Below, piece by piece: positions 30,839 to 40,660 of a DNA stretch of 64,000 bases. The notes beneath the pieces are model-generated. The model was given only the letters and a program-made list of their open reading frames with translations, did no database searches and was not told where the DNA came from. The DNA is taken from the NCBI GenBank assembly GCA_037443005.1, contig JBBIPE010000001.1:1634-65633 (forward strand). Direction: 5' to 3'. The position numbers and the translations under genes are program-made. Position 1 is the first letter of the stretch. Every line of letters begins with the position of its first letter. The stretch is from an archaeon. Lineage in GTDB: Archaea > Nanobdellota > Nanobdellia > Parvarchaeales > Parvarchaeaceae.

Positions 30839-33124
30839 ATGGAAGATGACAATAGAATTGAAATAAGTCTGAAGGTTGCTGAAGCACAACAGGATGATAT
30901 AGGGCAGAATTCGGTAAGAATAGGCACGGCATGGATGAAACAGATAGGTGTCAGGCCTGGAGAATTCGTTGAAATAGAGGGAAACAGGAAAACCGTTGCA
31001 AAGGTTGATAGAGCCCACCCAGGTGATTTAGGTTTAAATATAATAAGAATGGATGGAACCACAAGAAAGAATGCTAAAGCTGCTATAGGTGAAAACGTAA
31101 TAGTAAGAAAAGCGGAAGTTTACGAGGCAGATTCTGTAAATCTATCACCACTTTCAAGCACGCAGCTTAGAGGCGCAGAGGAATTAATAGGCAGGATGCT
31201 TCTTGAAAGGGCCGTTTCAAAAGGGGATATAATAACACTTGGAAGCGGAGGAAGAACTTCATTTGCCTCTTTTTTCGGTGATGATATAATGAGGAACATA
31301 TTCGACAGTACCTCCTTTCCGTCATTCCAGTTTGGCTTTTCCGAGCTTCGCTTTCTCGTAACTTCAACTGGACCAAAGGGTTTTGTTATAATAACCGAAA
31401 ATACAGACATAAATGTTTCTCCTGAACCTGTAAAGCTTTCAGAGGAAGCGAGAGTAAAGCATGTAAGCTATGAAGATGTTGGAGGGTTATCAGATGAGGT
31501 TTCAAAGATAAGAGAAATGGTTGAGATACCATTAAAGCATCCCGAAATATTCATGCGTTTAGGCGTAACTCCTCCAAGAGGAGTTCTGCTTTACGGCCCA
31601 CCTGGAACTGGTAAGACTCTTCTTGCCAGAGCTGTTGCAGATGAAAGTGATGCGCATTTTATAACCATAAACGGTCCGGAAGTCATGAGCAAGTGGGTTG
31701 GTGATGCGGAAAAGAAACTTAGGGAGATATTTGATGATGCAGAAAAGAATGCTCCTACTATAATATTCATAGATGAAATAGATGCAATAGCAACCAAAAG
31801 AGAAGAAAGCATAGGGGAGGTAGAGCACCGTGTTGTTTCGCAGCTTCTTACATTAATGGATGGTTTGAAGAGTCGCGGAAAGGTAATAGTTATAGCCGCA
31901 ACTAACAGGCCAAATGCTATAGATCCAGCTTTACGTAGACCTGGAAGATTTGACAGGGAAATAATGTTCGGCGTTCCTAATGAGAACGGCAGAAAAGAGA
32001 TATTGAATATACATACAAGAAACATGCCAATGGATAAGGTAGACTTGCCTTACATATCGAAGATAACGCATGGGTTCGTAGGTGCGGATATTGAGTCTCT
32101 AATAAAAGAGGCAGCGATGAACGTTATAAGAAGAAATATAAATGAACTTAATGTAAAGGAGGGAGAAAACATACCTAAGGCAGTTCTTGAGAAACTTACG
32201 GTTACAATGGATGATTTCAGGGAAGCTCTGAGATTTGTCAGACCCAGTGCAATGCGTGAGGTTTTAGTTGAGAGGCCGAGTGTAGGATGGGCTGATGTAG
32301 GTGGATTAGACGAAGTGAAGACACAACTTAAAGAGGCTATAGAATGGCCTTTAAAGTACCCTGATTCATTCAGGAAGATAGGTATAACACCCCCTAAAGG
32401 CATACTTCTTTACGGCCCACCTGGAACTGGTAAGACTCTCCTTGCCAGAGCTGTTGCGCATGAGACGGAATCTAACTTTATTGCGATAAAAGGGCCTGAA
32501 ATATACAACAAGTATGTCGGAGAAAGTGAGAAGAGAGTAAGAGATATATTTGATAAGGCAAGGCAGGTTTCTCCATCGATAATCTTTATAGATGAGCTGG
32601 ACAGCATAGCATCATCAAGGTCTAACTATGAGGGCAATAACTCGACTGAACAGGTCGTGAACCAGTTGCTTACTGAGTTAGATGGTATAGAACCGCTTAA
32701 AAATGTAATAGTGATAGGTGCAACAAACAGGATAGATAAGGTTGACTCTGCAATACTTAGAACTGGCAGATTTGACAATATTGTCTTTGTTCCTCCACCG
32801 GATGAGAGCGGGAGGAAGGAAATCCTGAAAGTCTACATTGATAAAATGCCGATAGAAGGCAATAAAGAGGAGCTGATAGAGTATCTTATAAAGAAAACCG
32901 AAGGATATGTCGGATCCGACATAGAAAGGCTTACAAAAGAAGCGGGCATGAACGCCCTAAGGAGCAACATTTCCTCCACTAAGGTGACAAGGGATGACTT
33001 TGAAAGAGCGCTTGAGCTTGTAAGACCAAGTTTGAGTCCGGAAGACTCAAAGAAGTATGAGGAGATGGCAAAGAAGCTTTACAGTAAAAAGGAAAAGGCG
33101 AAGGAGCTAAACTACTTCGGTTGA
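30839..33124 (+). CDS. cdc48: Cdc48/VCP-like AAA+ ATPase (VAT)
   Basis: N domain plus two AAA modules (GPPGTGKT twice); SD GGAGG upstream. Confidence 0.95.
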   Translation: MEDDNRIEISLKVAEAQQDDIGQNSVRIGTAWMKQIGVRPGEFVEIEGNRKTVAKVDRAHPGDLGLNIIRMDGTTRKNAKAAIGENVIVRKAEVYEADSVNLSPLSSTQLRGAEELIGRMLLERAVSKGDIITLGSGGRTSFASFFGDDIMRNIFDSTSFPSFQFGFSELRFLVTSTGPKGFVIITENTDINVSPEPVKLSEEARVKHVSYEDVGGLSDEVSKIREMVEIPLKHPEIFMRLGVTPPRGVLLYGPPGTGKTLLARAVADESDAHFITINGPEVMSKWVGDAEKKLREIFDDAEKNAPTIIFIDEIDAIATKREESIGEVEHRVVSQLLTLMDGLKSRGKVIVIAATNRPNAIDPALRRPGRFDREIMFGVPNENGRKEILNIHTRNMPMDKVDLPYISKITHGFVGADIESLIKEAAMNVIRRNINELNVKEGENIPKAVLEKLTVTMDDFREALRFVRPSAMREVLVERPSVGWADVGGLDEVKTQLKEAIEWPLKYPDSFRKIGITPPKGILLYGPPGTGKTLLARAVAHETESNFIAIKGPEIYNKYVGESEKRVRDIFDKARQVSPSIIFIDELDSIASSRSNYEGNNSTEQVVNQLLTELDGIEPLKNVIVIGATNRIDKVDSAILRTGRFDNIVFVPPPDESGRKEILKVYIDKMPIEGNKEELIEYLIKKTEGYVGSDIERLTKEAGMNALRSNISSTKVTRDDFERALELVRPSLSPEDSKKYEEMAKKLYSKKEKAKELNYFG

Positions 33125-33125
33125 A

Positions 33126-33788
33126 ATGGATCACGAGGACATATATAAGCTTATACTGAACGATGAGCTGGGCTGGGAGCATCTGATAACTACCATTATA
33201 AGAGATGAAGGAATGGACCCAATGGATATCGATCTAGTAAAGATAGCCGATAGGTTTGCTTCTCTTATATCGAAAATAAATCAAGTTGATTTCCGTTTTG
33301 GAGGCAAGTTTGTCTATACTGCAGCAATCCTTCTGAAAATGAAATCGGATACTATAATAGAGCAGATGCTGGAGTTGAACAGGAAAAAGGAGCATGAAAG
33401 CCAGCAAAAATACATAAAAGCAGTTCCTTTCAATATTGCAGTGACATCAAAGCTTTTCCTTTCAAGGAGCAGAAGGATAACTCTTACTGAGCTTATAAAC
33501 ACTATAAGAGAGTCGATGCGCTACAGCAGTAAACAGAAGATAAACTTTGAGCTTAAGTTAAAGGAGATAAAGATAGAGGACAGGATAAGGTTTTTACTGG
33601 AAAAGCTCTCCAAGCTTTTCGGGGTAAAGCAGACAGTTCTTTTCTCCGAGTTAATAACAAAGAAAAATGACAGGAAAGAGATAATTTATACTCTTCTGCC
33701 GCTGCTTTTTATATCAAACATGAATAAAGTGGAGATCTCACAGGACGAGCCTTTCAAGGAGATTTACATAATGAGTAAGGTTAAATAA
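33126..33788 (+). CDS. scpA: Segregation and condensation protein A (kleisin)
   Basis: 220 aa; 1-nt gap after cdc48; paired with scpB. Confidence 0.7.
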   Translation: MDHEDIYKLILNDELGWEHLITTIIRDEGMDPMDIDLVKIADRFASLISKINQVDFRFGGKFVYTAAILLKMKSDTIIEQMLELNRKKEHESQQKYIKAVPFNIAVTSKLFLSRSRRITLTELINTIRESMRYSSKQKINFELKLKEIKIEDRIRFLLEKLSKLFGVKQTVLFSELITKKNDRKEIIYTLLPLLFISNMNKVEISQDEPFKEIYIMSKVK

Positions 33789-33820
33789 GTTAATATTATC
33801 TGGCATGCTTTAATCTTATT

Positions 33821-34354
33821 ATGGCAAAGATAGCGGAATATGTAGAAGCTTTAATCTTTTCATTCGGTGATGGTATCACGCTGGAAGAGCTTTCAAAACG
33901 CACAAAATCGGATCCTCTTATAATAAAAAAAGCGATAGACTCACTTAATAGAGAATACAGTGAGAGAAAAAGCGCTTTTTACATACTAACAGAAGGAAAT
34001 ATCTATCGTATGAGGCTCAGAAGCGATCTTCTTTTCCTAGTTAATGACACGCTAAAAACCGATATGAGCAGAGGGGTGCTTATGACTTTAAGCTTAATAG
34101 CTATGAGCGGAAAGATGTTTCAGTCCGATATAGTAAAAAGACGCGGAAGTGTGTCATACCAGCACATAAAGGAGTTACAATCCAAGGGGCTGGTTTCAAC
34201 TGTGATTGAAAACGGGAAAAAAGTAGTCAGGGTAACTCCATTGTTCTATGATTACTTTGATGTTGATAAGAAGGAATTCAAGGAGATAAAGGACACTATA
34301 AAGGAAGAGATAAATAAGGAAAATGACAGTACCGTTGAATATCGCGGAAACTAA
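33821..34354 (+). CDS. scpB: Segregation and condensation protein B
   Basis: EALIFSFGDGITLEELSK ScpB wHTH signature. Confidence 0.8.
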   Translation: MAKIAEYVEALIFSFGDGITLEELSKRTKSDPLIIKKAIDSLNREYSERKSAFYILTEGNIYRMRLRSDLLFLVNDTLKTDMSRGVLMTLSLIAMSGKMFQSDIVKRRGSVSYQHIKELQSKGLVSTVIENGKKVVRVTPLFYDYFDVDKKEFKEIKDTIKEEINKENDSTVEYRGN

Positions 34355-34899
34355 AAAACCACTACCTTCTTTTTTATATCTATCTGTGGCGATGTTTCTT
34401 CAGTTTTTTTTGGTTCTTCAGTTTTTTTAATCTCCTGTACGGGCTCAGGGGTATGTTTTTCCATTTCGGATCCTTTTACTTTTTCTATTGCTGATTTTAT
34501 TGAGTTTCCTATAGCTATAAAATCGTTTTCCTCCATTTTTTGCGGCTGCCAAATGTGGTTTATAGTATCGTCCCCATATCTTGGTATCAAGTGTATTATC
34601 GCGTGTGGTGTTACATTCCCTTTAGTCAATTCCTTTGTATAAATCATCTCTACGTTGTTTGGTGCGAGGGCCAGCATTATCGCATAACCCACAGCTCTGG
34701 ATACGCTGACATACTGAAGGAATTCATCCTGCGGTATCTCATAGATATTGCTGTAGTGTTTTTTTGGTATCATTATTACATGCCCTTTCGACGCAGGGTT
34801 TATATCCAGCACTCCTATCATTGACTGGTCATTATAAACCTCCTTTGACGGGATTTTACCACTTACTATCATGCAGAAAACGCATTTTTCATCTTCCAT
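34351..34899 (-). CDS. HIT-like protein with degenerate triad (PHAIIHLIPR) and Lys/Glu-rich C-terminal tail
   Basis: HIT fold (CVFCMIVSG..., GHVIMIPKKH) but the middle His of HxHxH is Ile; about 40-aa low-complexity tail. Confidence 0.65.
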   Translation of the reverse strand: MEDEKCVFCMIVSGKIPSKEVYNDQSMIGVLDINPASKGHVIMIPKKHYSNIYEIPQDEFLQYVSVSRAVGYAIMLALAPNNVEMIYTKELTKGNVTPHAIIHLIPRYGDDTINHIWQPQKMEENDFIAIGNSIKSAIEKVKGSEMEKHTPEPVQEIKKTEEPKKTEETSPQIDIKKKVVVF

Positions 34900-34993
34900 A
34901 TTGATTATATCTGTTTAAAGTATTTATTGTTAAGTAATATCTCTCTATTTTGTATGTAAAAAGGTTTTTAAACATGGGTGTTATAAGTTATTT

Positions 34994-35254
34994 ATGAAAG
35001 CAAAAGTTGATACAAAGTTTGCCGTCGAGGAGAAGAGGATGGTGGATGCGGCACTCGGACTTATACTATTCACTTTTGGTGTAGTCCTTATAGTGATGGG
35101 CTTGTTATCCGTCGTTTCAACGGCAGTTCTGAGTGGTTATTTCTATAAAACCATTACAACTGCTCCCTCGCAATACATATACCCTTTGTTTGAGGTTATA
35201 TTAGGTATAATAGTGCTATCATTTGGAATGTGGGCACTAAGAGCAAGGGTATAA
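34994..35254 (+). CDS. Small membrane protein
   Basis: 86 aa, 2 TM. Confidence 0.4.
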   Translation: MKAKVDTKFAVEEKRMVDAALGLILFTFGVVLIVMGLLSVVSTAVLSGYFYKTITTAPSQYIYPLFEVILGIIVLSFGMWALRARV

Positions 35255-35344
35255 AGGATAATTATAATTTTTTTATTTTTTTTACTTTTATTTCTGGTGA
35301 AAAAGAAAGATTTATATACTTGTTTATGGCTTATTAATTGGTAG

Positions 35345-36151
35345 GTGATTAAAATGGTATTATCATTCAGTGAAGATTATATAGCGAAGATAAGGAGGAC
35401 TTTTGGCCTTAATCTTTATGAAGCTAAAGTGTGGCTTGCGCTTCTTTCGCAGGGAAAATCAACATCCGGTAAGCTTAGTGAGATAGCAAATATCCCAAAG
35501 TCAAGGGCCTATGACATTCTTGTTTCACTTGAAAATGGCGGTTTTATATTGAGAGACTTAAGCAAGCCTATAAGCTACACTGCTATCCCTCCAGAGGAGT
35601 TAATAGAAAAATTAGAGGAAAAAGCCCAGGAGTCCTTAACTCAGAAGCTAGATAAGCTAAGTAAACTTAAAGGAAGCACGGTTTTAGCAGATCTTCAAAA
35701 TCTTTACAATAAAGGAATAAAGTATGTTGATGAAGGGAAAGTCGCGAATGCTTATCAAGGGCTGGACAATATATACTTCAGAATAAAGAAAAGTATAGGA
35801 TCGGCAAAGAGTGAAATAGTTGTCGTTACAACCGAAAAATCTCTTGAGAAGAAGGTTTATGCGCTAAGTAGGGCCCTAAAAAAGGCCAAGGCTAATAATG
35901 TTACAGTGCATTTATACGCTCCAGTAAAGGATGTAAATGAGACTATAGCAAATGAGATAAAGCAGTTTGGAAAGCTTAACAAGACAAATCTGGACATAGG
36001 CAGATTTGTTATAGTTGACGGCAATGAGATATTTATATTCACAGAGAACGAGGAAGAAACACATCCAAGCAATGAAGTGGTTTTGCACATACGCGGTAAA
36101 TACCTGCCAGAAAAGATAAAAAAGCTTGTGTCATCGCATGTTGTTCCATGA
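35345..36151 (+). CDS. TrmB-family transcriptional regulator
   Basis: N-terminal wHTH LYEAKVWLALLSQGKSTSGKLSEIANIPKSRAYDILVSLE. Confidence 0.75.
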   Translation: MIKMVLSFSEDYIAKIRRTFGLNLYEAKVWLALLSQGKSTSGKLSEIANIPKSRAYDILVSLENGGFILRDLSKPISYTAIPPEELIEKLEEKAQESLTQKLDKLSKLKGSTVLADLQNLYNKGIKYVDEGKVANAYQGLDNIYFRIKKSIGSAKSEIVVVTTEKSLEKKVYALSRALKKAKANNVTVHLYAPVKDVNETIANEIKQFGKLNKTNLDIGRFVIVDGNEIFIFTENEEETHPSNEVVLHIRGKYLPEKIKKLVSSHVVP

Positions 36152-36175
36152 ATGACAGAGTAGTTAGCGTTTAAC

Positions 36176-36523
36176 AATGTGAGCGGGAAATCCCACATCC
36201 TTTAGGTGGGATGAAAGCGAATCCAAGAAAAGAATATAACAACGAAATGACAAAATAAAATTATGGAAGTAAGAAGAGCCTACAAATTCAGAATCTATCC
36301 GCTATCTGAAAGAGTATACTACTGCAATAGATGCGGATTGCAGATAGATAGAGACACAAACGCAGCAATAAACATACTCAAAAGAGCTATCTTTGGACAA
36401 AGTAGAAGTAACGCTCAGGGAGATTCAGTAAGACCTCAAAAAGAGGCAGGAATCAAAGAACCGAGAACATATCCTGCAATAGCATGGGAAGCCCACACGC
36501 TTTGGCGGTTTGGAGGACGTCAC
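36176..36523 (+). mobile_element. Miniature IS200/IS605-family element (copy 1): LE hairpin, in-frame TnpB N/C remnant, omega-RNA-like 3' region, RE ending GGAGGACGTCAC; inserted 3' of TTAAC
   Basis: Shares LE and 3' blocks with copies at 45198, 52500 and 57288; MEVRRAYKFRIYP plus CNRCG...DRDTNAAINILKRA TnpB remnants. Confidence 0.8.
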
Positions 36524-36529
36524 TATTAA
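36263..36529 (+). pseudogene. tnpB: tnpB remnant: in-frame fusion of TnpB N-terminus to C-terminal Zn-finger and RuvC-III motif
   Basis: MEVRRAYKFRIYP ... YYCNRCGLQIDRDTNAAINILKRA; 88 aa versus about 400 aa for intact TnpB. Confidence 0.75.
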
Positions 36530-36549
36530 TAATATTTTTAGTAGTTATT

Positions 36550-39500
36550 ATGACCTACATAAAGCAGATAGAGCTTGAGAATTTCAAATCCTTTGCAGGC
36601 CATGCAAAATTCTCATTTGTAAACGGTTTTAATGCGATAGCCGGCGCAAACGGTTCAGGCAAAAGCAACATAATAGATGCGCTACTTTTTGTGTTTGGCG
36701 GCTCGTCGAAAAAAGAGATGAGAAGCGATCTTCTTACTGATCTTATATTCAATGGTGGTAAAAAAAATAGGCCTGCAGATTTTGCCAAGGTAAATGTCAT
36801 ACTAGATAATTTGAAAAAGGAGTTCAAGAGCGCAAACGGCGATGAAATATCGATAAGTAGAAAAGTTGACAAAAGCGGAAAAAGCATGTATAGAATAGAC
36901 GGAAAAGCATCAACAAGAGAGGAAGTATTAAACGTCCTTGCAATGGTGAAATTCCGGCAGGATGGCTTCAATATAATCCCACAGGGAAGAATACTGGAGA
37001 TTATAGGGTCAACTGGGGATGAAAGACTTAATCTCATAAATGATATCTCTGGCATAAGCATATTTGAAGACAAGAAAAGCAAGGCAATGAATGAAATGAA
37101 GAAAGTTGAAGACAATATATCCAAGATAGAGACTGTTCTGAACGAGAAGAAAAAATTAATGGACCAGCTAGATAAAGAAAAAACTAGAGCGATTGAATTC
37201 CAGGAACTTAAATTAAAGCAGGCCTCAAATCTTTCAAAGCAGACATTCTTTAAGAGGGATTTGGCATACAAGGACTTAAGTTCTATACAGGAAAAGTTGA
37301 AGGATATAGAGAAAAACAATCAGGAATTATCTTCGGAAATAGATAGTATAAATTTAAGGTACAAGCGGATAAACGAAGAATTAGATAACATAAACACAAA
37401 GGCAGAAGCGGAGGGCGAGAAGGATATATCCGAGGCAGAGAAAAGGACAAAGGAGTTTGATTCAGAGCTTGCCAGGCTGAATGCAGTTCTTAAAAACGAC
37501 AATGAGCAGTTAAAAAGTATACTCTCTTCCATAGAGGATCTTTCAAAATCACAGGAAGACATCCGCCAACAGGTTAAGAAAGAAGAGGAGGAAAAAAAGA
37601 AGTTTGAAGAGAAGATGGAGCAGATAAACTCCAGAAAATTCATTCTCATAGAAGCGGATTCAAAGGCTCAGAATTACCTTAAAAGCAGGGAAACTCTCGA
37701 GAAGAGGCTATATGAAAATGAGAAAAAAATATATGATCTAAAGATAATACTTACAAATTATCCAAAAGTTGCGGATCTTGAGGATCAAATAACCAAGTTA
37801 AGGGAAACTAAATCCGAAACCGAAAAGAAGCTAAAGGACATCACATTGTCCTTTTCTGCACTTAAGCCTGAGATAGATAAGCTAAAAATACAGTCTAAAC
37901 GCGAGGGAGACTCAATTTATCTTTTCAGGGAGCAGTTGCTTAACCAGAGAAATATTCTTTCATCTCAGAGTAAGGTGATAGATGTTGTCAACAAGCTAAA
38001 AAAGGAGATAAAAGGGGTTCATGGTTCAGTATCGGAGCTTTTTTCATTAAAGGATGAAAAATTCAATGTACCAGTTATAAGAGCTATAGGCAGGAGGAGC
38101 GATTTTATAATTGTTGATGACGAAAACGTAGCAAGGCAGTGCATAGAAAAGCTTAGGGAGGAAAAGCTTGGCTTTTATACATTTATCCCGATGACAACTG
38201 TAAAAACAGTATACAATCTGGAGAAGATAAATCAAGAAGGTGTAATTGACTATATAATAAATCTTGTCACTTTCAGTGATTCTTATTCAAATGCAATGAG
38301 ATTCGTATTTGGTGATACCATACTTGTTGATAACTTTGAATCTGCAAGAAAATTTATAAACAGATACCGGATGATCCTTTCCGATGGAACAGTATTTGAA
38401 AAAACCGGAACAGTTTCCGGTGGACATTTTGAAATACCTAATATCCTGAATATAAACCGCAGAATATCTGATATAAACAAGGAGATAGAGGAACATTCAA
38501 AAATAAAGGAAAAATTAGATGAAGAGATAATAGAGAAGGAAGCCACGCTGAATTCAAGCATGTCCGAAATAAAATTACTGCAGAATGCAATAAACGAGGC
38601 AAATGTAAATCTTGATAAGGTAATAAAGGAAAGATCCAAATTCACCGGAACTGAATCAGAGGTTTCAGAGAAAATAAGGAATCTTGAGAATGAGGTACTT
38701 GAAATAAAACCAAAACTTTCTGATCTTGAACAGGGTAAACCTGAAATTTCTGATCATAAAAAAGAGATAGAATCTCTGGATAGGGAAGTAAACGATTTAC
38801 AAGTAAAAATAGCGACTTCTGGCGGCAGGCTTTCAACTATTTTTATGTCAGAGCTGTCAAATCTTGAGAAAAGGTTCACTCAGTTAACAAAGGAGAAGGA
38901 CAGGTTTGAAAAAGATATAGAAGATGTTGAAGATGCAATAAATGATACCAGAGAAAATTATGAAAAGGCGAGAAAGGAGCTGTCAAGCAAATCCGATAAT
39001 CTTACAATGTTAAGGAAGAGGAGAAATGAGCTTATAAATTCTCTTTCAGCATTACAGAAGGAAAAGGATGAGTTGCTTTCAAAGTCACAGAAAGTGGGCA
39101 ATGAGCTGAATTCGCTAAAAGTAAAGGAAGCAGAGCTGAAGGTAAAGTTTGACACTGCTGATGATGAGTTCAAAAAATACAGAGTAAATGGCGCGGAACC
39201 TGCAGAGGGAGAGACACTGGAAAAAGTTACAAAGGACCTTAACATAATAATAGCCAAAATAAATTCATTCGGGCCTATTAATGAGCTTGCCCTTAATACT
39301 TTTGTTGAAACACAAAAACAGTACGAGGATTTCTCTGGCAAGCTTTCCAGCCTTAACGAGGAAAAGGAAAGGATAATTGCCGTTATAACGGACATAGAAA
39401 ACAAGAAACTAGAGTCATTCAATAAAACGCTTTCGGATATAAATTCAATATTTACAAAGGTCTTTAATTCAATAACTGGTGGGAGTGCGGAATTTGTACC

Positions 39501-39870
39501 GGAGAATCCACAGGATCTGTTTTCTGCAGGGCTGGATATAGCAGTTGATCTGCCAAACAAGAAAGTAAAGAATGTCCGCGGGCTAAGCGGCGGAGAGCTA
39601 TCAGTTCTTGCAATTTCACTTATAATGGCACTTTCAAAGTACACTGATGCCATATTCTACGTTCTTGATGAAGTAGATGCAGCATTGGACTCCATAAATG
39701 CTGGCAATTTTTCTGCATTGGTCAAAGCCTACTCTGCAACTTCCCAGTTTATAATAATATCACATAATGAGACTACACTGATAAATGCTGATGTTATATA
39801 TGGTGTTACTATGAATAATGAGGGTCTAAGCAGGGTAGTTAGTGTAAAAATGCCGGAGCAGGCCAAATAA
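36550..39870 (+). CDS. smc: Chromosome segregation protein SMC
   Basis: N-terminal GANGSGKSN Walker A, long coiled coils, hinge, C-terminal LSGGE signature; start at MTYIKQIELENFKSF (upstream in-ORF residues are transposon-derived). Confidence 0.95.
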   Translation: MTYIKQIELENFKSFAGHAKFSFVNGFNAIAGANGSGKSNIIDALLFVFGGSSKKEMRSDLLTDLIFNGGKKNRPADFAKVNVILDNLKKEFKSANGDEISISRKVDKSGKSMYRIDGKASTREEVLNVLAMVKFRQDGFNIIPQGRILEIIGSTGDERLNLINDISGISIFEDKKSKAMNEMKKVEDNISKIETVLNEKKKLMDQLDKEKTRAIEFQELKLKQASNLSKQTFFKRDLAYKDLSSIQEKLKDIEKNNQELSSEIDSINLRYKRINEELDNINTKAEAEGEKDISEAEKRTKEFDSELARLNAVLKNDNEQLKSILSSIEDLSKSQEDIRQQVKKEEEEKKKFEEKMEQINSRKFILIEADSKAQNYLKSRETLEKRLYENEKKIYDLKIILTNYPKVADLEDQITKLRETKSETEKKLKDITLSFSALKPEIDKLKIQSKREGDSIYLFREQLLNQRNILSSQSKVIDVVNKLKKEIKGVHGSVSELFSLKDEKFNVPVIRAIGRRSDFIIVDDENVARQCIEKLREEKLGFYTFIPMTTVKTVYNLEKINQEGVIDYIINLVTFSDSYSNAMRFVFGDTILVDNFESARKFINRYRMILSDGTVFEKTGTVSGGHFEIPNILNINRRISDINKEIEEHSKIKEKLDEEIIEKEATLNSSMSEIKLLQNAINEANVNLDKVIKERSKFTGTESEVSEKIRNLENEVLEIKPKLSDLEQGKPEISDHKKEIESLDREVNDLQVKIATSGGRLSTIFMSELSNLEKRFTQLTKEKDRFEKDIEDVEDAINDTRENYEKARKELSSKSDNLTMLRKRRNELINSLSALQKEKDELLSKSQKVGNELNSLKVKEAELKVKFDTADDEFKKYRVNGAEPAEGETLEKVTKDLNIIIAKINSFGPINELALNTFVETQKQYEDFSGKLSSLNEEKERIIAVITDIENKKLESFNKTLSDINSIFTKVFNSITGGSAEFVPENPQDLFSAGLDIAVDLPNKKVKNVRGLSGGELSVLAISLIMALSKYTDAIFYVLDEVDAALDSINAGNFSALVKAYSATSQFIIISHNETTLINADVIYGVTMNNEGLSRVVSVKMPEQAK

Positions 39871-40659
39871 CTATTTGAAGTAATCTATAACCTTTTTAAT
39901 TTCTTCTAAATTCATGCCTTTGACCTGTACATTCTCCATATTTTTAATCTCATCCCCAATTTCAGAAAAAGACTCTTTGCCCTGCCTTTTTGTCTTTTTT
40001 TCTACGGCAATTAGCGCGTTTATTATCGCATTTTTAAGTGTCATCTCTCTTCTTCTGAAAATCTCCTGCAGTATATCATTATCCTTCTTCTTGAGTCTTA
40101 CCATAAGGCTTGTTACTCTCGGTTCCGGATAAAAGACTTCCTTTGGCACCGGCATTATATCTGAAAATTCGATAAATATTTTCTGAACTGAGGAAAATGC
40201 AGTTTTATTATCTTTCTCACAAAGCTGTTCCGCGATTGTTTTTGGTAATATCATCACGCCGGATTTAAAGCTGTAACTAGCCAGTTTTTCTATTATTCTA
40301 TCTGCTATGTTATACGGTGGATTTGATATAATTTTTGTGAACTTTGGGTATATGATATCAAGTGCATCAGCGTTTATTATCTGCACGTTTGGGTCTATTT
40401 CATATTTGTCTACAAGGTATGAATAACATTTTATTTCTTTTTCTATAGCTATAACCTTGCATATATTTCTGGCTTCTATCTCGATACTGCCGAATCCCGC
40501 GCCTATATCAAGGACCACATCACTATTTTCAAGCTCAGCTTCTGCTATTTCTCTTTTTAATATTTCCTCATCAACAAGGAAATTCTGTCCATTTTCATTG
40601 TCACTTTTTATGTTAAAGTCTTTTACAAGTTTTTTAATTGTGTCATTTAAAAGATTCAT
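39871..40659 (-). CDS. ksgA: 16S rRNA (adenine-N6,N6)-dimethyltransferase KsgA/Dim1
   Basis: GQNFLVDEEI, DIGAGFGSIE, NPPYNI motifs. Confidence 0.9.
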   Translation of the reverse strand: MNLLNDTIKKLVKDFNIKSDNENGQNFLVDEEILKREIAEAELENSDVVLDIGAGFGSIEIEARNICKVIAIEKEIKCYSYLVDKYEIDPNVQIINADALDIIYPKFTKIISNPPYNIADRIIEKLASYSFKSGVMILPKTIAEQLCEKDNKTAFSSVQKIFIEFSDIMPVPKEVFYPEPRVTSLMVRLKKKDNDILQEIFRRREMTLKNAIINALIAVEKKTKRQGKESFSEIGDEIKNMENVQVKGMNLEEIKKVIDYFK

Positions 40660-40660
40660 A

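Noticed and set aside
36484-36549. Longest-ORF start of smc (36484) and of nuoJ (45444)
   Set aside because: The extra N-terminal residues are translations of the element's RNA-scaffold region. The conserved protein N-termini (MTYIKQIELENFKSF and MDIGSIGF) begin at 36550 and 45501.
36555-39653. Minus-strand ORFs inside smc (36555-37319, 37320-37649, 38283-38645, 38958-39653)
   Set aside because: Antisense shadow ORFs of the SMC coiled-coil region, with the same low-complexity S/F/L composition.
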